Shown here: positions 35,237 to 44,776 of the stretch, one piece after another
Numbering within the stretch: position 1 is the stretch's first letter
Layout of the letters: every line of letters starts with the position of its first letter
Origin: a virus
Taxonomy: Duplodnaviria; Caudoviricetes
Length of the DNA stretch: 64,000 bases
Virus record (IMG/VR): IMGVR_UViG_2844225640_000006
Coordinates: 8,495 to 72,494 of that record
Strand: one strand, 5' to 3'
Program-made: the position numbers and the translations under genes
The notes under the pieces: generated by a model
Databases searched by the model: none
Told to the model about the DNA's origin: nothing
Seen by the model: only the letters and a program-made list of their open reading frames with translations

Positions 35237-35821
35237 ATGACGACCAAGTTCCGCGATCAACAAAGCTTCAACCACCTCCAGATGGAGGCAGCTCTCTGTG
35301 CCTGGGAATGGATGCTGGAGAACAACACGCACGAGATATTCAACGGTATGTTCGATAGCCATGGCTACGGCGCGATGCGCCATTGCGCCATGCAGGCCGG
35401 CGACATTGCCAACCTGGTTTACAAGCATATGGAAGTGCGGGGTTACGAGTTCGTCGACGCCTACGATTGGGAGTTCGTGCCGGGCGTGCTGCTCCGACTG
35501 GATTGGGAGAAGCTCTTCATGGACAACCAGTACAACGAAGAGCCTTACCAGCCTGACATTCACGCCATCTTCTGCGCCATGGTCTCCGCCGACTTGGCAG
35601 CTCACACCGACCCGCAGCGCCGCAGCTTCCAGAAGAAAGAAGACACTGCAATCTGGATCACCAAGGCCCGTGCTGAAGCCGAGAAGCAATGGGGCTACAG
35701 CGATCTCGTCTCCGATCACCCGGAGAAGGTGACGGCTGCCATGGAGCGCGACGAAGATCCGGCCGAGTTCATCAAGTGGCTCGGCGAGAAATACAATCTC
35801 ACTCCGGCGCCGGGGTTGTGA
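35237..35821 (+). CDS. Hypothetical protein
   Basis: AAGGA SD, ANYA hairpin. Confidence 0.65.
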   Translation: MTTKFRDQQSFNHLQMEAALCAWEWMLENNTHEIFNGMFDSHGYGAMRHCAMQAGDIANLVYKHMEVRGYEFVDAYDWEFVPGVLLRLDWEKLFMDNQYNEEPYQPDIHAIFCAMVSADLAAHTDPQRRSFQKKEDTAIWITKARAEAEKQWGYSDLVSDHPEKVTAAMERDEDPAEFIKWLGEKYNLTPAPGL

Positions 35822-35824
35822 CGC

Positions 35825-36010
35825 ATGCAAGACTTCGTCGTCACAATGACCCTCGAACTCGTCGTTGAAGCCGACAACCCCGGCTCGGCTGTGTCCGATA
35901 CGGTCATCCGCCTGCAGAAATTGCTTGAAACTCACGACCCGCTGCTGTTGAGTTCTATGCTACGGGAGGCGGTTGCTTATACAGCTGCCAAATCTCCCTG
36001 TAGGATTTAG
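35825..36010 (+). CDS. Hypothetical protein
   Basis: ORF packing in the operon. Confidence 0.45.
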   Translation: MQDFVVTMTLELVVEADNPGSAVSDTVIRLQKLLETHDPLLLSSMLREAVAYTAAKSPCRI

Positions 36011-36028
36011 CGGGCAAGGGAGGCTCAA

Positions 36029-36235
36029 ATGGAAGAAGGCTTTTTCCATTCACCATTCAACATCATCGCTATTGGAATCATTCTCTTCTTCTATTTCATG
36101 CCGACGATCTTTGCATTTCGCCACGGACGACCCGACTCGTGGGCTATATTGATTATCAATACAGCTTTCGGGTGGACGCTTATCGGTTGGATTGGCTCGA
36201 TGTTCTGGTCGATGGCTCCTGTCCAACGGCAGTAA
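36029..36235 (+). CDS. Superinfection immunity protein (T4 Imm-like)
   Basis: YFMPT.FA..H...AI.IIN...GWTLIGW...WS pattern; GGAGG SD. Confidence 0.85.
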   Translation: MEEGFFHSPFNIIAIGIILFFYFMPTIFAFRHGRPDSWAILIINTAFGWTLIGWIGSMFWSMAPVQRQ

Positions 36236-36256
36236 TGCACTCCTCATAAACACACC

Positions 36257-36289
36257 AAAGGCCGGGTCATTCGCCCGGCCTTTTCTTTT
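36257..36289 (+). terminator. Intrinsic terminator
   Basis: AAAGGCCGGG..CCCGGCCTTTTCTTTT. Confidence 0.7.
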
Positions 36290-36330
36290 CTACCCCCTCG
36301 CAATCATGCGACCCCACGGAGATCTATACC

Positions 36331-37491
36331 ATGAGCAATATCGACAACGTCACCGCCACTGTTTCGACTGCTTCTCTCAACTACTCGGTTTTCAGGAAGG
36401 CTATTGAGAACGCCTGCAAGATCGTCGAACGTCGCAACATCATCCCCGTTCTCGATACCGTCCTCATCAAGGCGACGACGAATGGCGTCTATGTTCTCGG
36501 CACTGACCTCGACATCTGCACCACGACCTTTGTGCCGGGCAATGTATCCAAGGACTTCACCGCTCTGGTCGATGCTCACAAGCTCAAGGCCACAATGGAT
36601 AAGGTGAAGGATGCTCCGGCCATCAACTTCGCCATGTCGCAGAAGAAGCTCACTGCCAACATCGGGAAGCTGAACCTGACATTGAAGCAGGATATTCCAG
36701 CCGAAGATTTCCCTGAAAGCCACGCCTTCCGGGACCGGTTGAGTGAGTCAAACCATACGTTCACGCTGCCGTCAGCCACGCTGCTCAAAATCCTCAACAA
36801 GGTCCAGTTCGCTATCTCCACGGAAGAGACGCGGTACTATCTCAACGGCGTGTATATGCACGTCATCGAGAACTCGCACCACATCACCTTCGTCGCCACG
36901 GACGGCCACCGGCTGGCTCGATATGAGATGCCTGCGCCAGAAGGCGCAAACGGTATCCCCGCTGTCATCATCCCTCGCAAGACAATTGTTGAACTGATGC
37001 GGCTCCTCAAGCGCAAGGGCTGCCCGGAAGAAACGATGATCACGGTTTGCAAGACCGGCGTTCGGTTCACTGTCGGCGAGGACGAGACCGTGGACAGCAA
37101 GGTCATCGACGGACAATTCCCGGATTACACCCGCGTCATCCCTATGAACAACGATCACCACGCCACGATCTATCCGGCTTCCTTCATTGACGGCGTCAAG
37201 CAGGCCAGCGCGGTTCTCCCTTCAAAGGGCGGCTCGGTCTCGGTCAACTTCCTGCGGGGGATAGCCTCTCTCACGTGTCGTGATGTCGACTTCGGTGAAG
37301 CATCCGTCGATGTCTCGATTGAGAACGAGCGGTCGCTGGAGATCGGATTCAACGCCCAATACCTGATCGACATCCTTTCGCACGTCGATGGTGAAGCGAA
37401 GTTCATGCTCATGGGCGCTGGAGATCCGGTCGTCATCCGCAACTCGGACGATGATTACCTGACCTTCGTTCAGATGCCGACGCGCATCTAA
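36331..37491 (+). CDS. dnaN: Phage-encoded DNA polymerase III beta clamp
   Basis: RNIIPVL, TDLD, EETRYYLNG, ATDGHRL, IIPRK, IDGQFPDY.RVIP, GFNAQYL, MP.R. Confidence 0.93.
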   Translation: MSNIDNVTATVSTASLNYSVFRKAIENACKIVERRNIIPVLDTVLIKATTNGVYVLGTDLDICTTTFVPGNVSKDFTALVDAHKLKATMDKVKDAPAINFAMSQKKLTANIGKLNLTLKQDIPAEDFPESHAFRDRLSESNHTFTLPSATLLKILNKVQFAISTEETRYYLNGVYMHVIENSHHITFVATDGHRLARYEMPAPEGANGIPAVIIPRKTIVELMRLLKRKGCPEETMITVCKTGVRFTVGEDETVDSKVIDGQFPDYTRVIPMNNDHHATIYPASFIDGVKQASAVLPSKGGSVSVNFLRGIASLTCRDVDFGEASVDVSIENERSLEIGFNAQYLIDILSHVDGEAKFMLMGAGDPVVIRNSDDDYLTFVQMPTRI

Positions 37492-37583
37492 CCACCCTCC
37501 GTCACACCTCAACACCCACTGCGATGGCGCTCCTCTCGGGGCGCCATATCGGGGCGTGTTGCCCTTTTTCAACGGAGAACAAT

Positions 37584-38549
37584 ATGAAAAAGTTTAGCAT
37601 CATCTTCATCGCATCCCTCGCTCTTTCGACCTCGTCTGCCCTTGCTTCCGATGGCTGCACCGGCAGTGCCACGCTTATGAAGTGGCTTCAGGGTTGCCGC
37701 GATCTTCCGAGCAGCGTGCGGGTTATCGACCACTCCGGTGGCGACCGCACCCCAGGCGCTAAGAGCTCCTCGGGTGGTAACGGTGCAGCCAGTGGCGGAG
37801 AGTCCAGCGCCAATGCTGGCGGCAATTCCGGCGGAACCAGCGGCACTACCAACAACGGCAACTCCGGCGGCTCCAGCAATGCTGGCAACTCTGGCGGCGG
37901 CAGCAACGGCGGTTCGAACTCCGGCAGCACTGGCGGCGGCAGCAACGGCGGTTCGAACTCCGGCAGCACTGGCGGCTCCACGGGTGGAAACACTGGCGGC
38001 TCCGGCAATTCCGGTGGCGATACTGGTGGTAACTCCGGCGGTGATACCGGTGGGAACAACGGTGGAAACACTGGCGGGGATACCGGCGGTAACACCGGAG
38101 GCGGCAGCGACAACGGCGGCGGCGACACCGGTGGCAATACCGGCGGAGGTGACAACGGCGGTGGCGGTGACACTGGCGGGAACAACGGCGGTGATAATGG
38201 CGGTGGCGACACTGGCGGCGGTGACACTGGCGGGAACAACGGTGGCGACAACGGAGGGGATAATGGTGGCGACACCGGCTCCGGCGGTAACAACGGCGGC
38301 CACAATGGCGGAGACCACACCGGCAACGGCCCAGGTAATGGCAATGGCAACGGCGGCAACCACGGCAATGGTGGCGGAAACAACAACGGCTCCGGTCCAG
38401 GTTCGGGTAACGGCGGCCACAACAACGGCAATGGCAACGGTAACGGTAACGGCCATGGCAACAGTGGTGGCAATGGTCACGGCAATGGCGGTGGCGGCAA
38501 TGGAAACGGAGGCGGTAATGGCGGTGGCGGAAAGGGTGGCCGCCACTAA
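37584..38549 (+). CDS. Secreted Gly/Asn/Asp/Thr-rich low-complexity protein
   Basis: Signal peptide MKKFSIIFIASLALSTSSALA, two Cys, then GG(D/N)(T/N) repeats; GGAG SD. Confidence 0.7.
   Translation: MKKFSIIFIASLALSTSSALASDGCTGSATLMKWLQGCRDLPSSVRVIDHSGGDRTPGAKSSSGGNGAASGGESSANAGGNSGGTSGTTNNGNSGGSSNAGNSGGGSNGGSNSGSTGGGSNGGSNSGSTGGSTGGNTGGSGNSGGDTGGNSGGDTGGNNGGNTGGDTGGNTGGGSDNGGGDTGGNTGGGDNGGGGDTGGNNGGDNGGGDTGGGDTGGNNGGDNGGDNGGDTGSGGNNGGHNGGDHTGNGPGNGNGNGGNHGNGGGNNNGSGPGSGNGGHNNGNGNGNGNGHGNSGGNGHGNGGGGNGNGGGNGGGGKGGRH
37891..37968. repeat. 39-bp tandem duplication (2 copies)
   Basis: CTGGCGGCGGCAGCAACGGCGGTTCGAACTCCGGCAGCA twice. Confidence 0.85.
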
Positions 38550-38630
38550 CCCATAATCCACACACAACAAGCGGGGCACTTCGGTGCCCCGTCCATCATC
38601 CCGCCAAACATGGCAACCACGGAGATTGAA

Positions 38631-40208
38631 GTGAGCACACTCGTACCCACTGCAACGATCGAACAACTCTGCGCTTATCGCGATGAAGCAATTCGTTTGT
38701 ACGAAGAAGCATTTGAGAAAATAGCCGAAGCATCGACCGCCGTCACGAAGGCAGGCTTGATGTGGGAGGCCGCTTCTCCCGGTAAGCCGAGCCGCCATTA
38801 CGACGGCGCCGAGGAAGTCAAGGAGTTCTTCCGGGCCGTCAACCTGCCTGACCGTGACCGCTATCTGCGCACCGCGCGCCGTCTCATCGACGTTACCGTA
38901 TGGACCCACGTCATCGACATCGCTGGCATCGAACAGCTCATGGACATGCAGGCCAAGAACGAGCTGCGCGACCAGATGAAGTATGTCCCGGAGCGCACCG
39001 GCCGCAATGGTGAGATCATCAATCAGGATGAGATCGACCGCATGCTGCCGCCCGTCACCCCGGAGAACATCTACGCCACGCTCGAGCGATTCCAAGGTGA
39101 TGCCGAGATGATCTTTCGGCGCGGCATCGTCAATGTCTTCACGAAGTTGGACCGTCGCTTCCGTTCGCACGACGGATTCAAGGTCGGCTCGCGCATGATC
39201 ATCGATTACCTGCTGCGCAGCAGCACGCATCTGTATGGTGATCGCGCAGATATGCTGACCGATGTAGAGCGAACGTTCCTCGTGCTCGACGGCAAGTCAG
39301 CGAAGGCCAGCTATGCGGGCATCGTCGAAAAGATCAACCGCGAGAACCCAGGGAAATGGAATCAAGCAGTGCAGTTTGAGGTGGTTTCCGAATACTTCAA
39401 GGTCCGTATCTTCAAGAACGGCAACGCCCATCTCTGGTTCAGCCGCAAGGATCTGGTGAAGAAGGTCAATGAGATCCTGGCCGACCACTACGGCGAGGTG
39501 ATCGGCGACGGGATGACGAAGGAGGAAGATCCTCTCAAGAACATCAAGACCACACCGGCTCGCTACTTCGGATTCTACCCCACGTCAGACGCGACTGCCG
39601 AAAAGGTTATCAGCCATGTACGCCTGCTCCAGCGAAAGGACGAGCCCCAGATACGCATCCTTGAGCCGTCGGCCGGGACCGGCAACCTTGCCCGACGCTG
39701 CCTTAGCACCCCGGCTGCCCTCGATAAATGGTCCGGCGGCCGCGACCGCTACATAGATCAGTACCGCATGGACAATGTGGTCGACTGTGTAGAGGTGCAG
39801 CCGCACCTAGCTCACCAACTCGAGGCACAGGGCGTCTACGGCCGCGTAGTCTGCGCCGATTTCCTGTCGCTCCGGCCGGATTCGTCTCGCCTCTATGACA
39901 GAGTAGTCATGAACCCGCCCTTCGACCGGGAACGGGACATCGACCACGTCGTGCATGCCATCCAGTTCCTCAAGCCGGACGGGCAGCTCGTCGCCATCAT
40001 GTCGGCCGGGACTGAGTTCCGGCAGACCGCCAAGTCCATAGCCTTCCGCAAGATGATGGAAGACATGGGCGCAGAATGGACTGATCTACCGCCCAATTCC
40101 TTCTCGGACGTGGGCACAAACGTGAACACCGGGTTCATCTCGGTCTGGAAGAACGGACGTAAGAAAACCGGCCGCTACGACAGACCGACTTGGCCGAAGG
40201 TGGGATAA
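38631..40208 (+). CDS. DUF4942-like domain fused to an adenine DNA methyltransferase
   Basis: FKNGNAH, FYPT, LEPSAGTG, MNPPF; GGAG SD favours GTG at 38631. Confidence 0.85.
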   Translation: MSTLVPTATIEQLCAYRDEAIRLYEEAFEKIAEASTAVTKAGLMWEAASPGKPSRHYDGAEEVKEFFRAVNLPDRDRYLRTARRLIDVTVWTHVIDIAGIEQLMDMQAKNELRDQMKYVPERTGRNGEIINQDEIDRMLPPVTPENIYATLERFQGDAEMIFRRGIVNVFTKLDRRFRSHDGFKVGSRMIIDYLLRSSTHLYGDRADMLTDVERTFLVLDGKSAKASYAGIVEKINRENPGKWNQAVQFEVVSEYFKVRIFKNGNAHLWFSRKDLVKKVNEILADHYGEVIGDGMTKEEDPLKNIKTTPARYFGFYPTSDATAEKVISHVRLLQRKDEPQIRILEPSAGTGNLARRCLSTPAALDKWSGGRDRYIDQYRMDNVVDCVEVQPHLAHQLEAQGVYGRVVCADFLSLRPDSSRLYDRVVMNPPFDRERDIDHVVHAIQFLKPDGQLVAIMSAGTEFRQTAKSIAFRKMMEDMGAEWTDLPPNSFSDVGTNVNTGFISVWKNGRKKTGRYDRPTWPKVG

Positions 40209-40245
40209 GAGGGTAAGTGTGAGTCAGTAACAACGAGGGATTCCC

Positions 40246-40698
40246 ATGTCGCAGAAACCATCATCGAAGCTTATCGCCAAGGCGCTACCCAAGGGTGACC
40301 GCTTCACCGGACAATTTTCATTACCCGGACTGATCCCCGATCTCGTGCGGGGTAGGGATGGCAACATCCAATTCTTCGACACGGAACAGCAAGCGTACGT
40401 TGCAGCAATGGAAGCGGTGATCCGTCTCTATGACAGCCGGACCATCGATACCCGCAAGGCTGGCGGCTACCGTCGCCTTACTGGAGCCGAGCTTGCTGTA
40501 TTGCTCGATGAGGTTGACATCACGCCTACCTACTTCGCTGAGATCGTTGGCGTTCCTCAGCACCGGGTCATGAAATGGCTGGACGGAGAGCAGGACATCC
40601 CGCACTCCGCCCATGTACTGGTCAAGCTTATGAAATTGAACGACGACAACTTCCGTGTCGCAGAAGAAATCACAGAAGAATATCGAGAGAGCTCATGA
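40246..40698 (+). CDS. HTH-containing protein
   Basis: FAEIVGV...V.KW..GE..IP. Confidence 0.65.
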   Translation: MSQKPSSKLIAKALPKGDRFTGQFSLPGLIPDLVRGRDGNIQFFDTEQQAYVAAMEAVIRLYDSRTIDTRKAGGYRRLTGAELAVLLDEVDITPTYFAEIVGVPQHRVMKWLDGEQDIPHSAHVLVKLMKLNDDNFRVAEEITEEYRESS

Positions 40699-40955
40699 AA
40701 ACGGCAATCAATCACTTCCGAGTCTGGGTCATTCGTATGGGCTTCAATCAGAAGCAGATAACCGCAGCAGCCAACACGATTGGCATCCAGAACTCGGTCA
40801 CGGCGAGCCTTACTTTCAATGGTAAGCGCGAGCTCACCTTGACCGAGCGCCTTGCGATGTCAGCAAGGCGAGCTGGTTTGCAGCCCTGGACTCCCGACTA
40901 CGACGCCGAACTGACGGAGGCATCTCCGGTACGTCACGATGCCAGCGCTGTTTGA
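40695..40955 (+). CDS. Small HTH-like protein
   Basis: ATGA coupling; MGFNQKQ...AA..IGI. Confidence 0.5.
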   Translation: MKTAINHFRVWVIRMGFNQKQITAAANTIGIQNSVTASLTFNGKRELTLTERLAMSARRAGLQPWTPDYDAELTEASPVRHDASAV

Positions 40956-41646
40956 AAGCAGCGTTGTTCATATAGCCGAGCTGCTTCCCTACCTTATCCA
41001 GACCGTAATGCAGGGCGAGAATCGTCTTCAGTCTCTGCTTCCGCTTGGTCCCTCGCTTGTCTGCCTTCCGGCTTTCCGGCCATAGATCAAGCCATTCATC
41101 CATAACGACAACCGCCTCGAGCATCTGGTAAACCCACTCGTCACCGATGGCACTCTTCAGTCGTTGCAGGATCTTGCGACAGTCCACCTGATAACTGACG
41201 ATGTCCGTCGGGCCGAAGCCTCCGCCGCCTGTTCCTTCAAGGTTGGCTGACTTCAGCACCTTGACCTGCGCTCCCTGAACGAGATCCCTAAAGCGAATGG
41301 CGGTGTGAAACCGCACACCGCCCATTCCATCTTCGTCCGGTCCCAATTCCATTTCCCCATTCGATACCAGAAATTCGATGGGGCTGGCCTGCGCATTAAG
41401 AATCGTAACGGCGTCTCTTACATCGAGGAATGACCGGCGCTCCGGCATAGTGGCGACGACGTCATCTCCTAGCGTGTCGGATGCCATCACCCTGCCAATC
41501 ATTTCATACATCCGCGAGCGCTGCTCATCGAGCTCCTCGCCTCGACCATAGAAGGCGACCAGTGGAAGGACACCTGGCTTGAGCGTTTCGCTCGCTTGTT
41601 CCTTCGCTGCCTTCAGCCGGCCCATCAGTCTCTTGCTGGCAGTCAT
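40834..41646 (-). CDS. Hypothetical protein, last gene of the replication operon (possible late regulator)
   Basis: AAGGAG SD, coupled start; function inferred from position only. Confidence 0.55.
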   Translation of the reverse strand: MTASKRLMGRLKAAKEQASETLKPGVLPLVAFYGRGEELDEQRSRMYEMIGRVMASDTLGDDVVATMPERRSFLDVRDAVTILNAQASPIEFLVSNGEMELGPDEDGMGGVRFHTAIRFRDLVQGAQVKVLKSANLEGTGGGGFGPTDIVSYQVDCRKILQRLKSAIGDEWVYQMLEAVVVMDEWLDLWPESRKADKRGTKRKQRLKTILALHYGLDKVGKQLGYMNNAAFKQRWHRDVPEMPPSVRRRSRESRAANQLALLTSQGARSR

Positions 41647-41975
41647 GTCCGACTCCTTGCGCCCTTCCTCTGCGAACCACGCAGCGGGATAATCTTCATT
41701 GGTATCCGGTCGAGAAGCCCGCCATCGGTAAGCGTTCCGTCGTCTTGCTCCCGGATCTCCAGCAACTCGCTCAGTGCTTTGCTTCGCTCTGAATCTGTCA
41801 TGGCTGAGCGGTTGGCGTAAGGGGAGCGGGTGACCAATCCAGATATTTGTTTCGGCCTTTTCATCAGGACGGTGGCTATGCTCCGCTCCGACATTCCGAT
41901 GACCCACAGCACCCACGCCACATAAACATCGCGATCGGAGTGCTTGATAATCTTCAAGGTTTCTTCTTTGCGCAT
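41643..41975 (-). CDS. Hypothetical HTH-like protein
   Basis: GMSERSIATVL. Confidence 0.55.
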   Translation of the reverse strand: MRKEETLKIIKHSDRDVYVAWVLWVIGMSERSIATVLMKRPKQISGLVTRSPYANRSAMTDSERSKALSELLEIREQDDGTLTDGGLLDRIPMKIIPLRGSQRKGARSRT

Positions 41976-42286
41976 CGCTTTGCCCGTCCTTTGTAGGTTA
42001 CTGAAATCGTGCGGGTCTTGCCCTTCTGCCTCACCGATTCCTTGAACGCGCCTTCCGCTTTAGCCATCTCGGCTCCGGCTATTTCACCGAACCGGTGGAG
42101 ATGGCCGTTGACGTAGCGGACAAGGTGCTTGTTCAATGCTTCGAGTGCGCTCTCCCTTGTCGGGAAGATCTGCGGCTTGCCTCCGACCCCGAGAATGGGC
42201 TTGGCTTCGCCGTCCATTGATGTCCGCAGGAAGGCTTTGAACCCGCCGCTGAACTGCTTCTGCGTGTACGTTTCAAACTGGTTCAT
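41954..42286 (-). CDS. Hypothetical protein
   Basis: GAGG SD before MNQFETY. Confidence 0.55.
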   Translation of the reverse strand: MNQFETYTQKQFSGGFKAFLRTSMDGEAKPILGVGGKPQIFPTRESALEALNKHLVRYVNGHLHRFGEIAGAEMAKAEGAFKESVRQKGKTRTISVTYKGRAKRCAKKKP

Positions 42287-42294
42287 GACTGACC

Positions 42295-43689
42295 TCACAT
42301 CCCTGCCGTGTCTTCCCACAAGGTGGTCTGTGTGACCTGATCCTTGAACAGGGTAAGCTTCCCATCCCAATCGAAGATGTGCCTGTCGCGCGGCGTCCCA
42401 AAGCGGTCCTTCAGTTTGTAGATTTCAATCTTCCCTCTCGAAACCTCGAGGTCTGAGTCCCACTTCTCCCGGCCTTTTCCGTTGGAAGAGGGTGGGTTTT
42501 TCTTCAGCCAGTCGTATCGGTTGAAGTTGGCGAGCATGATGTCCGCGTGTTCTTCGAGCGACCCACCGTAGAAGTCTTCCATCTCAGGCTCCGGGTGCTC
42601 CTTCTGACGAGCTGCCTTGGTGAACTGGCAGAGGCCGATCACAACGCAGTTAAGATCCTTCGCCAATGCCTTGAGATCACGAGCGTTTTCATATGCGCGT
42701 TCGACCGGGTCCATGCGGTTCTTCGTTACACGATCGACCAGCTTCAAGTGATCGACGCAGAGAAGATCAAGGCCGAACTTACGCTTGTGAGCGAAGGCTC
42801 GGCTGCGGATCTGCTGGATGGTCATCTTCGACGGCGACACAATGGTCAGCTTGCGGTCTTGGAAAAACTTCTCCGCCTGCATGAGAGATTCCATCTGCTT
42901 CTCGTCGATGCCGCGCAGGATGTCGCGCATGGAGACGCCGGTCTGCCCGGCCACCGAGCGCGCGACCAGCGCCATGTTGTCCATCTCCAGCTCGAAGAGA
43001 GACGTTGGGTGGGAGACGGAAGAGAACAGCATTTGCTGCATCGCCGCTGCCGTCTTGCCCGAGCCGGGGTTACCGCCCCACAAAACCAGCGATCCCTGTG
43101 GGAAGAGCCCGACCATCTGTTCCAGCCCCTTGAGGCAAGGGCGCAATGCCATGCCGCTTCCGTGCTGTGTCGCAGATGTATAGATCTGTCGGATCGTGCT
43201 CGACACGCTGGCTTCATGCTCAATGGCGGCGTTGCGCGACATATCCGCAAGGCGTTCGGATGCGCGGTCGATGATCTGATCAGGGTCGAGGTTGATGTCG
43301 TTGGCCGACTTCAGGATTCCTTCGGCCAGTGCCTTGATCTTGCGGCGGCTGGCTGTCTTGCGCAGCTCATAGGCATAGTCTGAAAGAGGCAGCTCTTCTT
43401 CACGGCTGGCAACGTGCAGGAGCATGGACAGATAGGCGTCCGGGTCTTGATCGTTGCTCAGCGAGCCGAGACGGCCTGCCACGATGGGAACGCGCACGGC
43501 TCGACCATCACTTGCCAGCTCATAGATCACAGCGAAGATCTTCTGATGATCGTTCGATGCGAACATCTCCATGTTCATCAGCTCCTGGATGTTCCAGTAG
43601 TTGGCTTCGTCCAGGAGGATGGCGCCGAGGATAAGCTGCTCGATCTTGATGTTGCTATAGGTATTGGACGTTACGGATTCGTTGCTCAT
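42295..43689 (-). CDS. dnaB: DnaB-like replicative helicase
   Basis: EQ.ILG, GNPGSGKT, FELEM, VDHL, LKALAKDL, LEEHAD, K.R.G. Confidence 0.9.
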   Translation of the reverse strand: MSNESVTSNTYSNIKIEQLILGAILLDEANYWNIQELMNMEMFASNDHQKIFAVIYELASDGRAVRVPIVAGRLGSLSNDQDPDAYLSMLLHVASREEELPLSDYAYELRKTASRRKIKALAEGILKSANDINLDPDQIIDRASERLADMSRNAAIEHEASVSSTIRQIYTSATQHGSGMALRPCLKGLEQMVGLFPQGSLVLWGGNPGSGKTAAAMQQMLFSSVSHPTSLFELEMDNMALVARSVAGQTGVSMRDILRGIDEKQMESLMQAEKFFQDRKLTIVSPSKMTIQQIRSRAFAHKRKFGLDLLCVDHLKLVDRVTKNRMDPVERAYENARDLKALAKDLNCVVIGLCQFTKAARQKEHPEPEMEDFYGGSLEEHADIMLANFNRYDWLKKNPPSSNGKGREKWDSDLEVSRGKIEIYKLKDRFGTPRDRHIFDWDGKLTLFKDQVTQTTLWEDTAGM

Positions 43690-44776
43690 CGTTCTTCCTC
43701 AAGGTCCACACGTCGAGCCAGTCATCAGGCTCCGGGGACGCATAAATCACTGCTTCGAGGCCAGCCTCTCTGGCCCTCTTCTGAAGTTTCTTGGCCGCGG
43801 CTATGCCGGGTGGATCCACGATCTCTCCGGTCCTCTGGTGCAGGCGATGCCTGTCTCCATCCGCGTAGATCTCAAGGCGCTTGACGCCTTCTGGGATCTC
43901 CAACCCCATCATTCCCGAGGTGGACAACGCGGCCCACACAGAAGCTGGCTTGCTGGACAGGAGCGCTACCCCGAGACCTGTCTCGATGCCTTCCGTCAGC
44001 CGCAGCGTCTCCGTTACCGGCCCCAACCGCACGGCCCCGCCATTTGCAGGACCGAGACCGAGCTTCACCTTCCGGCCGTCCTCATTCACGAGGGCCTTGC
44101 CATTCGGCTGAAGGAAGATTCGCCAGATGGCGATCAGCTTGCGGTCCTTGTTCTGCACGCCGCCAATCAGGGCAGGGTGCTTTGCTCCTTGAAGCGAAAG
44201 CCCCGGATGAAACCGGAGGCTTGGCATCCACTCTGTCCCTTCCGGGAAGTCTGCCAGCTCGATCGAACGAGACCGGAGGTATTCCTCAGCCAGTGTGCCG
44301 ACTATCGGCTTTGCTTCTGCCCAGATGGAGCGAACCGTTTCCGTCTTCCTCTCCATGTCTTTCTGATCTTGTCGGGCGCGCTGCTCGTCGCGCCTTTTGC
44401 GGTCTTGTTCACGCTGGAATCGCTCGCGGCGTTCCTTCTCGGTCTCTTCCCTGCCGGGGAGATTAACCCCGGCGAGAGAGGCCACCATTTCCACCGCCCG
44501 AGGGAATGAAACGCCGTCCAATTCCATGAGGAACTTGAAATGGTTGCCGGTAACGCCGCAGCCGAAGCAATGGTAGCGGCCCTTGCGATCCTCACAGTGG
44601 AACGATGGGCGGTTTTCACCGTGGAAGGGGCAGCAGAACCAATAATCTCCACGGTTCGGCTTGCTCTTCTTGTTGTCGACGCTGGCGCGGGTCCGAATGA
44701 CTTCCGATATTGGGATGCGTTCTCGCAGATCTTCGAGGAAGCTGTCGGTAAACCGGCCGCTACCTCTCTCACGCAT
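43655..44776 (-). CDS. Primase (CHC2 zinc finger + Toprim)
   Basis: CPFHGE..PSF, YHCFGCG, EGIETG, YADGD, DDWLD. Confidence 0.9.
   Translation of the reverse strand: MRERGSGRFTDSFLEDLRERIPISEVIRTRASVDNKKSKPNRGDYWFCCPFHGENRPSFHCEDRKGRYHCFGCGVTGNHFKFLMELDGVSFPRAVEMVASLAGVNLPGREETEKERRERFQREQDRKRRDEQRARQDQKDMERKTETVRSIWAEAKPIVGTLAEEYLRSRSIELADFPEGTEWMPSLRFHPGLSLQGAKHPALIGGVQNKDRKLIAIWRIFLQPNGKALVNEDGRKVKLGLGPANGGAVRLGPVTETLRLTEGIETGLGVALLSSKPASVWAALSTSGMMGLEIPEGVKRLEIYADGDRHRLHQRTGEIVDPPGIAAAKKLQKRAREAGLEAVIYASPEPDDWLDVWTLRKNDEQRIRNVQYL

Noticed and set aside
37569-39230. Long alternative-frame Pro-, Cys/Arg- and Ala/Thr-rich ORFs, and GGC repeats resembling the arrays
   Set aside because: Shadows of the Gly-rich gene; the period is 3 nt (Gly codons), not 5.
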